This document shows positions 12,915 to 50,204 of a DNA stretch of 64,000 nt, one piece after another. Positions within the stretch are counted from its first letter, which is position 1. Every line of letters starts with the position of its first letter. This stretch comes from Hypanus sabinus (taxonomy: Eukaryota). The DNA is taken from contig NC_082723.1 in assembly GCF_030144855.1 (NCBI RefSeq), forward strand, positions 63,426,001 to 63,490,000. The letters run 5' to 3'. The notes below the pieces were generated by a model, which did not search any database, was not told the origin of the DNA, and saw only the letters and a program-made list of their open reading frames with translations. Made by a program: the position numbers and the translations under genes.

Positions 12915-13345
12915 AACACACACAAAATGCTGGAGGAACTCAGCAGGCTAGGCAGCATCTATGGAAAAGAGTAAACAGTCAGCATTTCAGGCTGAACCCC
13001 TTCATCAGGACTGGGGGAAAAAAGATGAGAAGTCAGAGTAAGAAAGTGGGGGGAGGGGAGGAGGAAGTACAAGGTAGGAGGTGATAGGTGGAACCAGGAG
13101 AGGGGGGAGGGTGAAGTAGAGAGCTGGGAAGTCGACTGGTGAAAGAAATAAAGGGCTGGAGAAAGGGAAATCTGAGGAGAGGACTGAAGGCCATGGAAGA
13201 GAGGGAAAGGCAAGGAGTACTGGTGGGGGGGGGGGGGGTGATGGCCAGGTAAGGAGATAAAGTGAGAGTGAAATAGGAATGGGGAATGGTGAAGGGGGTG
13301 TAACTGGGAGTTCAAGAAGTTGAAGTTCGTGCGATCGGGTTGGAA
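12915..13345 (-). mobile_element. Penelope-type retroelement terminal fragment
   Basis: The acacaaaatgctggaggaactcagcagg... terminus recurs many times in the window (e.g. ~6850, 14040, 32115, 43155, 43540). Sequence is related to the GIY-YIG-tail copy at 57300. Confidence 0.6.
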
Positions 13346-14354
13346 GTAAGGTTGAAAGAGCACAGAGAAAATGCACAAGGACGTTGCTGGAAGTGGAGGT
13401 TCTGTTGTAAGGAAAGATAGGTTAGGACTTTATTCCTTGGAACGCAGATTGATGGGACATTTAATAGAGGTGTACGACATTATTAGGGGTATAGATAGGG
13501 TAAATGCAAACAGGCATTTTCCAGAGTTTGGGTGGGAATACAACTACAAGTCACGGGTTAAGGTTGAGAGGTGAAAAGTTTAAGGGGAATATGACAGGAA
13601 ACTTTTTCATTAGGGGGTCGTGAGTGGTGCATGCAAGATCGATTTCAATGTTTATGAGAAGTTGAGATAGGTACATGGGGATGGAGAGCTATGTTCTAGG
13701 CAGTTTAAACACAAACTAGGTGAGCTGAGGGGCCTGTTTCTACACTTTTCTATGCCCTAAGACTTCCCCTGCATTCCACTTCCAGTTCCTGTATTCATTT
13801 CAAATTCAATTGGTTCTTTCTCCAGAGCTCCCTTTAAACTTAGCAAATTCACTGGAAATTGTGATAGTCTACTACGTAACACTTAAACAATAAAGTTGTT
13901 CAAATAAAGTAAGAACCAATAGTTCAGCAAATCTAAAACCCCTGTGTAGGGTCTCAACTTTTGCTTTCAGATACTGCAGTCCTGTTGAGTTCCTCCAACA
14001 TAAAATCTACAGGCTGCTGCCTCAAATGTCCTAATGAAGATCCCCCTTGGCCTGAAACGTCGACAGCTTATTCACTTCCATGGATGATGCCTGGCCTGCT
14101 GAGTTCCTCCACCATTTTGTGTGTGTGTGTTGTTTGGTTTTCGAGTATCTGCAGGGTTTTCAATTTATTTAAGACTACAGAATGCTGAACCACATTGAAC
14201 ATTCTGGTCCACGATACACAAAAACTGTCACACCGTTCTGACAGCTGTTAGGGAGAGTCTTTATCGTCAGTGCTATTGGGGTCACAGTGATTATGGAATC
14301 CCATGTCCGGGGTAGGTGTTCCTGCGGTGGGGGGGGGGGGGCCTTTGGGTTATA

Positions 14355-16580
14355 ACGGGGTCACTGACCTTTTTTGTACCGCAGACCAGTTTAATATTGA
14401 CAATATTCTTGACGGGGGTGGGGAGGAGGGTGTTAATCACAACCGGAATATAGGTGATAAAAGTCAACTTTAAGTCACTTATAAGTGGCTAATACACTCA
14501 ATTTCATTTCTAAAAGGGTTTATCTAACGAATTTAATATTAAACACAGCACATATTTTCCTCACATGAACATAGTGATAAGTCAATAGCATCATAACATT
14601 TTAAGTAACATTTGGATATAAAACACACAGTGCATATTTTCCTTGAATGAACATATAAAATCATTGCAACACACCAATATCGCTGAATCAGTGGGAGCCC
14701 TGGGCTTGTTTCCCTGCAACAAGACGGTCCCATCGAGGGATGATGGGAGACAGTGATACTCGAAGGGGGTTCCTTATGTCCTGTCTATTCCGCAATTTAG
14801 TTTTCACTGCATTCATTGCAGAAAACCCCACTTCGCAGAGAAATGATGTTGGAAATGGAAGCAACGTTTTCAGTGCTTTCGTGGCTATCTCAGGATATTC
14901 AGCCTTGACATTGATCCAGAATGCCGGCAGAGATGTTATGTCAAACATACTTTTCAGCTCACCGTCATTAGCAAGCTTCAGGAGTTGATCTTCTTCCCGC
15001 GCTGACATGGATGATTCACCAGGGACATTCACAAATGGGTCACGGACCCATTCATTTGCACATCTTGGGTCATTTGCGGTTGGGAAGTAACACTCGAATT
15101 CTGTCATCAGCGAAGATAGGTGATCATGCACCAGCTGTGAGAAGGACGGTGCAGCCTCAGTTTCTCCCAAAATCCCAGCTAATGTTGGGAACATGTCAAA
15201 TATGCCCCTGTCCACTCGCCGTCCCCACAGTTCCAGTTTGGTTTTGAAAGCAGACACTTTATCTGCCAACTTGAAGACAGTTGTCATTCTCCCCTGAAGT
15301 GACAAATTGAGTTCATTGAGCAGGTTGAAGATGTCACACAGATAAGCGAGTTTTGCTATCCACTCCTCGTCACTGAAGTGTGCTGCCAGTGGTGACTTTT
15401 TTCCTGAAAGAAATCTCTGTAGCGGCTCTCTTAACTCAAAAACCCTGGCCAGGGCTCTCCCCCTTGATAGCCACCTGACTTCAGTGTGTAAGACAAGGCG
15501 TTTGTGTTCTGCATCCATTTCCTCGCAAAGCTGCTCAAACAGACGTGAGTTCAGGGCTTTTGCTTTGATGTAATTGATGGCTTCAACAACGTCACTCAAT
15601 ACGCGGTTAAGAACAGGTGACATTTTTCGGCTAGCCAGCATTTCCCTGTGTATGACACAGTGTGTAGACTGGCATTCAGGAGCAACCTCTTTGACTCGGG
15701 AAGTAAAAACAGACAGCCGTCCAGTCATAGCTGCAGCCCCGTCTGTGCATATTCCAACACAGAATGACCAGTCTAATTTGCCTGACATGTAGTCATTCAA
15801 AGACTTGAATAGTTCTGCCCCGGTTGTGTTATTTGGCAGCGGCAGTGTGCACAACATATCCTCATGCACATCGTCTTGAAATATATATCGCACATAAACC
15901 AGCAGTACTGCCTTGTTGTCGACATCGGTAGACTCATCGATCTGGATAGCATACCATGGTGACTCGTTAAGCCGTTCCAACAGCTGTGCTTCAATGTCCT
16001 CCGCTATGTCGTCGATTCTCCTTGAATCTGTGGTACATGCTGAAAGAGAAACCTGTGCCATCTTGATAGCTGCAGCTTCTCCCAACAGTTCACGGCATAT
16101 GTCCTTGGCAGCAGGCAGAATCAATTCTTCACCAATCGTGAAAGGCTGCTTAGCCTTAGCAATACGGCTAGCCACTAAGTACGACGCTCTCAGAGCAGCA
16201 GCATTTGTGGAGGTGGTGGCTCCCAGCACTTGCTTCTGTCTCGCTTGCTCACGTTTTTCCCGCTCAAAAAACTCAATAGGTTTGTCTTTAAGGTCAGGGT
16301 GCTTGGACGCAAGGTGCCGAAGCAGTTTTGAGGGCTTCATTGCCTCATTAGACAGCTTCTCTCCACATATCACACACAGGGGGCTTGGAGCGTGTGGGTC
16401 ACCGGTCGCATTAAAGCCATATCTTATGTATGACTCGTCGTATTTTCTGTTGAAGAAGGCTTTCTTTATTTTTGGTGTCTCGGCCTCAGTTGTCTCTGCG
16501 TTATCGTCGTCGTTAGGCCTTTTATGCCCCCTACCAGCTCTTCCAAACCAAATCTCAAACGGCGTTTGTCCTTTACTCAT
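14355..16580 (-). mobile_element. hAT (Buster/Charlie-type) DNA transposon body with a degenerate 3' terminus and no clear 5' terminal inverted repeat (TIR)
   Basis: acggggtcactgaccttttttgtaccgcagaccagtttaatattg at 14355 resembles a CAGGGGTCCCCAACCTTTTT-type Buster TIR/subterminal. The transposase ORF follows. Confidence 0.7.
14688..16580 (-). CDS. Intact hAT/Buster-family transposase (ZBED5/ZBED8/SCAND3-like), 630 aa
   Basis: BED finger PLCVIC...LRHLASKH; catalytic D (IDESTD), D (TDGAAAM) and E (LCEVGFS); CxxH (HCVIH); HTEVRWLS; C-terminal dimerisation region ending QAQGSH. No stops or frameshifts. Confidence 0.9.
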   Translation of the reverse strand: MSKGQTPFEIWFGRAGRGHKRPNDDDNAETTEAETPKIKKAFFNRKYDESYIRYGFNATGDPHAPSPLCVICGEKLSNEAMKPSKLLRHLASKHPDLKDKPIEFFEREKREQARQKQVLGATTSTNAAALRASYLVASRIAKAKQPFTIGEELILPAAKDICRELLGEAAAIKMAQVSLSACTTDSRRIDDIAEDIEAQLLERLNESPWYAIQIDESTDVDNKAVLLVYVRYIFQDDVHEDMLCTLPLPNNTTGAELFKSLNDYMSGKLDWSFCVGICTDGAAAMTGRLSVFTSRVKEVAPECQSTHCVIHREMLASRKMSPVLNRVLSDVVEAINYIKAKALNSRLFEQLCEEMDAEHKRLVLHTEVRWLSRGRALARVFELREPLQRFLSGKKSPLAAHFSDEEWIAKLAYLCDIFNLLNELNLSLQGRMTTVFKLADKVSAFKTKLELWGRRVDRGIFDMFPTLAGILGETEAAPSFSQLVHDHLSSLMTEFECYFPTANDPRCANEWVRDPFVNVPGESSMSAREEDQLLKLANDGELKSMFDITSLPAFWINVKAEYPEIATKALKTLLPFPTSFLCEVGFSAMNAVKTKLRNRQDIRNPLRVSLSPIIPRWDRLVAGKQAQGSH

Positions 16581-17081
16581 TTTTTACAAAAATATACTTT
16601 ATTCAGAAATATTACAAAATAAAACGATTTACAAACAACATTCGTTGACTGAGTCCTTATTTACTCATACCGCGGCGTCAGCGTGACTGACCCTGGAGTC
16701 GGTCTGCGGCGCACTATGACGTTCAGGATGAAAGGTCAGGGTGTCGTTGCAGCCAATGAGATTTCCGGGTGCTTTGGCGCCATTGAGCCGCGGCACCTTC
16801 GGGCCGGCGGGTAGTGAATGTAGGAGAGTGTTGACGTCTCGGTGCCTTCGTGAAAGCGGTCGTGAACCCGTCGCCGTTTTCTCGTTAGTGTTCACTAGGC
16901 AGTGCCGCCCGACTGGGCCCGAGTGCGAACAATCAGCCAGGGAGTTTCCGTGTCTCGCCCGGCAAGAGAGCGACCCCCGCGCCGCGCCGAGTGGAGCCGG
17001 CTGGCCCGGTGGTCACGTGGGCCGCGGATTCGCGCCAGTTTCAGTCTGAGGTCTGCGCGGGAGGGAGCGCCAGTCGTCAAC

Positions 17082-44123
<27,042 letters not shown>

Positions 44124-44276
44124 GCAAAGTTCCAGTGACACTGGGTGGAAACTGATGCTGTTTTAGATTGGCCTTGCTTGGCTTGGCAGCTATTCTGTGC
44201 TTGAGCTCTCGCCACCGGAGGACTGTATTCTTGCTTATTTTTGTTAGGTAGAGGAGATGAGTTGAAGAAATTGGTT

Positions 44277-44282
44277 AATAAA
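44277..44282 (+). terminator. MCM7 polyadenylation signal AATAAA
   Basis: About 150 nt after the stop codon, followed by a T/GT-rich downstream element. Confidence 0.75.
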
Positions 44283-45829
44283 AACTCTTTGTAACTTTTT
44301 CTTTGGTGTTTATTTCTTTGACATCACTGACGTTCTCAAGAAAAGTTGTCGTCCTGCTGACAGAAATTTTAGGTCAAGTTACCCAGTTTTGAGATGAGGC
44401 GGTGGTAGGAAGTTCGGAGTCTCTCTGCAGTGATGCAGCATGAGGGAGATTTCAGAGATGGTGCACTTGGCTTCTGTGTGCCCTTGTCCCATTCTGAACG
44501 CTTTTCCAGTCAGACTTGTCGTAGATCTGGGAGCTGCTGCTGTTGGTGAGGTGTTGCATATTTTCTTAGAATGATCCTTGAATTGTGTGACGTTCACCCG
44601 TTCATCTCTTCCAGTTTCACAGTGAGTGGTGGTGTCTCTTTTGGGAGTCTGGTGTCCAGCATTCATACACGGCCTGCTCACAGGATCTGGGTGAATGTAA
44701 TTAGGAGCTGACCTCTCGGGGTGTAGCCCTGGGGAGGGGTGCTGGTGTCATTTGGGTTATCCCACTATGGATTGGCATGATTTTACAGAGATTCAGTGGT
44801 GGGAAGGCAGGAGTCACTGCTGACGGAGGAAGGCAGTAACCTGGGTGCATTGTTCTGGCACGTGCTTTATCCTTGGAATAAGTTTGCTACAGGTGAACCT
44901 ACCAGACTATTAGAATTTGGTCCCTTCCTGAACCAAGGACATCTCAGACTTGATAGCTGTCTGCAGTATGTTGGTTCTGCCTAAGTCTGCGATCTGGAGA
45001 GCAAGCTCAAGTCATCAGCTTGTTTACTGAAGTGAGGAGGATGAGCCTCGCGTTTGACATTCACAACACTTTCCGTTTACCACCTGCTCGCTAACTTACA
45101 TAAGCTTGCTTGGGGTCTTGGCCCTACCTCCCAATGGGTTGGTTACTCAGCAGTTAAAATCATGCAGCATGCAAATATCTGACAGCAGACACCAAGTAAT
45201 CCCGATTCCTGTTGCCTCCATGGCTTCACTTCTGCCACCCAGGAAAAGTTAACCGAGCAACCTTTGTGATGTGAGAGAAAATCAGCACCAGAGGGAAGGC
45301 CCCACTGTTTCAGTGAAGACTCCCAAGCAGACAGCGCCAACTTCTCTACCACTGTGTCCGAGAAACGGGCTGTTGAAGTGACTGGGTGTGCTGCTGTTGT
45401 GGAATCCATGTCTGGAGGTCTCAGAAACTAGTGCTCCTGGAAGAGGGGATTTGTTCCCAAATGTTCCTTTGGTGTGGATTGGAAAGTCTTGATGCCAATT
45501 CATGACCAGTGTCCATGGTTCTGTTCCTTTGGCCTGATCAGGTGTCATACTGGGCTTACGCCTCCGTATGCTTTTCTTTAGCATTGTTTTCCCAGTTAGA
45601 GTCAGGGTCATTATCACAGACTAGTGAAATTTATGTCAGCATATCATAGAGCATTACCACAAATTAAAATAAATGGGGTGAACAGAATAACAGGGAAGTG
45701 TTGAATAGTTCATGGCCATTCAGAAATCTGGAAGAGTGGAAGAAGATCTTGCACCTTCCATTGGAGTTGTCCCAAAAACCTCCATTGTTAGTGTTTTGAA
45801 CTAATGCTCATTGCTGAACTAAGGAGTTA

Positions 45830-46713
45830 CAGTCGGCCCTCCTTATCCGCGAGGGATTGGTTCCGGGACCCCTTGCAGATACCAAAAAACACAGATGCTC
45901 AAGTCCCTTATTCAACCAGCCTCAATACGGTGGATCTTAGGACCCAGCGGAACCCCAGACCTTATTCAACCTGTCTCAGTGCGGTGGACATTAGGACCCG
46001 GCGGTGGAGCTCTGAATCCAGTGTTTCTGTTCACAAAAATAATCACGATCATGATTGAAAATCAAGTGGAAATAAAGCGGTCGGAAAGAGGTGAAATGCT
46101 ATCGGTCATTAGAAAATCATTAGGCTATAGTCGGTCAATGATGGGAACAATTTTAATGGATAAAGTGAGAAAGGCTGTGCCCTGGAGAAAACTACAATCA
46201 TTACTAAGCAACACAGTGGTTTAATTTTTGGGTTTTTGATCCTCACATCAACCCGGCACAGCGGAGAGCGCACTTGATAGCGGTCTGTCACTGGATCGAA
46301 CTTGGGAAGAAATTCCCGAGCCCAGTGCTGAAACATATGTTCTTAAGTGTTTTATATGCATAGAAAGGTAAAATATATACTAAGACAAACGTTTGACTAA
46401 CTGACGCTAAATAATACCAGATGTACCTGTTCCGACTTACTGAGTAAGAGAACGTCGGATTTTTTTCGNNNNNNNNNNNNNNNNNNNNNNNNNNNNNNNN
46501 NNNNNNNNNNNNNNNNNNNNNNNNNNNNNNNNNNNNNNNNNNNNNNNNNNNNNNNNNNNNNNNNNNNNNNNNNNNNNNNNNNNNNNNNNNNNNNNNNNNN
46601 NNNNNNNNNNNNNNNNNNNNNNNNNAAGTGCTGGAAGAGCACTTCCGGATTTTCACGATTCGCAGTTGGTTGAATTCATGCATGCAGAATTCGCGGGTAA
46701 GGAGGGCCGACTG
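45830..46713 (+). mobile_element. Tigger/pogo-like non-autonomous DNA transposon spanning the assembly gap
   Basis: TIRs CAGTCGGCCCTCCTTATCCGCG / CGCGGGTAAGGAGGGCCGACTG with TA on both sides; psq/CENP-B HTH remnant (VEIKRSERGE..SVIRKSLGYSRS..GTIL). Confidence 0.9.
46469..46625. other. Assembly gap (157 N)
   Basis: Run of N. Confidence 1.
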
Positions 46714-47805
46714 TACTGCATTTTCAGAGGGCCCTGTCTATTGTATCAATACCAGGGCTAACTGGATGAACATTAGCCAGGACGCGTTACCCAAAGAGTT
46801 AAACATTTCTCGGTTACTGGGAATGTCACCATCTCATATGGGTGCCATTCTTGAATAAATGGGCAGTTCTGGCCCAGAACATGAGCAGTGATCCGGGTCC
46901 CTCCACAGGGATAGGTTAGGGTTACAGAGAAATGGTTCAGGATCTGTATCATTGACAGACCAGAGGGGGCCTGTCTGGGTTGCTGCATGAAGCAGCAGAA
47001 GACAAGGGCAGCAAAGAAACCTCTTGCCAAGCGTGAAATAATTCCATTACAGTGAACGATGGATTAACCAGGAACGAGGGAAAATTGTGAAAGGACTGGC
47101 CATTGGCTATAAGATCAAAGACCTGCCAGAATGTCCAGCAGTGGTCTGAGTGGATTCACTCACGTCGCTGTGTATCGTGGCAGATAGTTGACAGTTACAG
47201 AGCCTGGATCAGTGATATGGCTGAGGGAACAAATGAGGCTTTTCAACATTTGATCGCATAAATCTCAGTGGGAATGTGAGTAGTGTGTCTGAAAGAACAG
47301 TGACAGGGCATCAAGATTGGTGTGCAAAGGGCAGAGTGTTGGGGTATGCTGAGAATAGCAGGAATGCTGAGATCTTTAAACATCGATAGACTGGAATGTT
47401 GATATTCAGAGGAACCTGATGTCCTTGTGCATGAGTTGACAAATAAGCAGGATGCAGTTGGATTTGAAAACAAGAATAAATATCTTAGAATTATATAGGG
47501 TGAAGTAGAGCAACAGTTTTGGTGTCTGTAGAAGTATATTCTTGCTGTGGAATGTGGAGTAAAGATCAACAGGTGATGAATCTCATAAAAGGAAGCAAAT
47601 TTAGACCAGACTATCAGAGAAAATCTTTGAAACTTGTACCATTTTTACAGAGATCGACAGGCTGAATGCAGGGAGGACATCTGCCTGGCTGAATCTGGAA
47701 GTAGGTGAAGGGCATTGAATCTTTACATCGCTACTCCATTGACTTGCGAAGACAATGAATTTTTGCACATTGAGGGAATGGGAAGATAATATACTTCAAT
47801 GGGAA

Positions 47806-48205
47806 GATTTATACTTGTGTGTTGCATCTATGCAGTAGGGTGACGTGCGCCTCTCCAGAAAAGTTACGCGACGCAGACCACAACTGTGATTGGTCAGCTT
47901 GGTAGCATCACATTTCCTCCTACGCATTTCCAGTTGCTTCTTCTCCGCCATGTCTGTACACCGATGCGAAACAGATGAACCAAATCGTCAAATCTACCTG
48001 CCGACATGTGAAAATGTTTGAAATGCATTTCCTTGTCCAGGTCTCTCGGAGAAACTCAACACAGCGGCACAGAAACCCCACCGCCAACTAGAGTTTCGGC
48101 GCACACCAACACGTGCTCGCTACAGCATAGAGCCAACGCAGAAGTGAAAACCAGGGCTAGGGCATAGGCTGCGGCATAGCCCGTACGCACAAGTATTAAT
48201 CAGCC
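47806..48205. mobile_element. PIF/Harbinger-like MITE
   Basis: Imperfect inverted termini GATTTATACTTGTGTGT / ACGCACAAGTATTAATCAGCC followed by TTA. The left end is eroded. Confidence 0.6.
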
Positions 48206-48679
48206 TTAAGTGGATTGTACAGGACTGTTAATATTGAGGCATGCAGTGAGTGACTGAGAAGGTTGAGGGGCCTCTTTTATACAGTAGCTACATGTGTAGT
48301 GACCAGCAGGTGGCAGTGGATGCCATCTCCTGGTCACCACACTGAGGAATGGTTCCTGAATTCCCATCTGCCAGACAAGGTTACTGACATTTGAGTCCAA
48401 GGATAACTGGTTATAAATTGGTTCTCTAATTGTGTCTGATAGATTACCTCACAGAATTAGGCATAGTCACAAACGTCAGCAGTATCCAACTCAAATACCC
48501 GATCTTGGCAATCGAGCCAGCTGAGCAGTGGGAACCGTAAATGGACAGGTTGAGCTGGCTGACAGTGCACGTGCTCATTCTTCACACCGACAGCCACGAT
48601 CACCGGAACAAAGTGGGTTGTAGGATTTGTTACAGGTAAATCATGATTGAAAATCTGAACTAAAGTATCAGAGAGCCTG

Positions 48680-49880
48680 TGAGCCTGGCTGGAGCTTGGA
48701 CATGCCGCTTGCCTCGTGTCCGATGTTCCATGGGTGGAGGAACAGCAGGTACCCCTGGCTTGTCCAGAGGTGCATTGACATGCACATGGTCATGTCGTGA
48801 CAGCAGGGGCATGGTAGCAGAATCCTCCAAACCTCAGTGCCTGTTTAAGGTGATCTACATTCAGGTTTACCCCTCTTATCTATGATGGTCTTCTCCCAGT
48901 TTGAAACACACATGGGCCATCAAAAGGGGGCCTAAGGGATGTTGAAAAATAAACGAGCTGGAATGTAGGTCGACAGGAACCCAAGGGTGCTGTACGCCAT
49001 GATGGGAGGTGGGAAAAGGAATTGAATTTACTGAGGAGGGTGGAACACTGTTGAGAGGCAAATCTGGCAGTCGTGGGTCAGGAATAAAATCACCAGGCAC
49101 TTGTAACAGCTGCCCGTATGCCAACTCTGTCATGGATGACTGCAGGTCCTCTTTTGGAGCTGTTCTGAGCCCCAGCAGGACAACGGGGAATGACATACGT
49201 CCAGCAGGGATGCCCTCAGAGCAGCCTTTAAAGAGCAGTGAAGCACTTCGAGTGATATGATGTGATGTAGCTTCATACCAAGGTTCTGGGCCATCAGCTC
49301 AGAAGTCTGAATGAACTGGGGACCATGGTCAGAGGAAGTGTCAGATGGGGTGCCAAACCGAGCAACCTAGATTCTGATGAATGCCTGAGCCATGTCTGCA
49401 GCTGCTGTCCATGCTAGAGGGACGACTTCTGGCCACCTGCTGGTATGGCCCATCATGGTAAGAAGGTAGGGCCTGGATGTGAGAGGCCACGTATGGAGTC
49501 AAAAACGGTCTTTCACCAACTTGCAGGCATAATGGGGTGAGGGTGACTGTTTGAGACATCGCACAGGAGAGAAATCCAGCTTCCCCAAACTAAATGTCAA
49601 CCAGCCACAAGCCAGTGACTGCTGTTTAAAGCCTGGACCTCTTGGTCAATAACTTGGTTGGCTGCCATACTGGCCTAGTCAACCCCGATGTGGACGCCTC
49701 AACGGCTGGTCGTGAGAGGCAATCAGCCATGCCACTATTTTACCCCTTGATATGTGGCATATCAGTTGTGAACTGGGATATGTAGGGCAGTTGGTGATGC
49801 TGCTGTTCAGACCAAGGGCCTGATACTTCGGCCAATGCATGCATGGGTTTGTGGTCAACGAACACTGTGAAATGGTGACC
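48680..49880 (-). mobile_element. Gypsy LTR-retrotransposon pol remnant (end of RNase H plus integrase)
   Basis: Motifs LEGHHFTVFVDHKP, YISQFTTDM.HI.GVK, TSSDHGPQF and VLLGLRTAPKEDLQSS. Confidence 0.85.
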
Positions 49881-50204
49881 CTCCAGAACAGGATTTCTCA
49901 TCTAGGGTTCTGTGAGCGGTCACTGGGGGTTCCACAAGAGATTGTGATTTTAAAAAATAAACATTGTTTTTTTGAGCTTCTTGCAATGTGCAATGCTAGT
50001 GCTCGCAGGGGTGGGTAGTGACTGAGCAGCCCCGTTAGCAAGCTCGTTAGCGGTCTCTCAGCCCAGTGTGGCATTGTGCAATAGGACCATGTTTACTTGC
50101 TTGAGCCCATTCTCAGTTTTTAACAAAGATCGAGGAGGCTGTGGATAATTGGTGACTGCTGTATTTCATGAAGGGGAGGATAGTAGGCTGATGGTGAGCA
50201 TGGA

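Noticed and set aside
15913-16686. 257-aa plus-strand ORF
   Set aside because: Antisense shadow of the transposase ORF.
16676-16695. Possible 5' TIR of the Buster element (reverse complement CAGGGTCAGTCAC)
   Set aside because: Only about 10 of 13 bases match the eroded 3' end, with no matching TSD or subterminal sequence. Chance similarity cannot be excluded.
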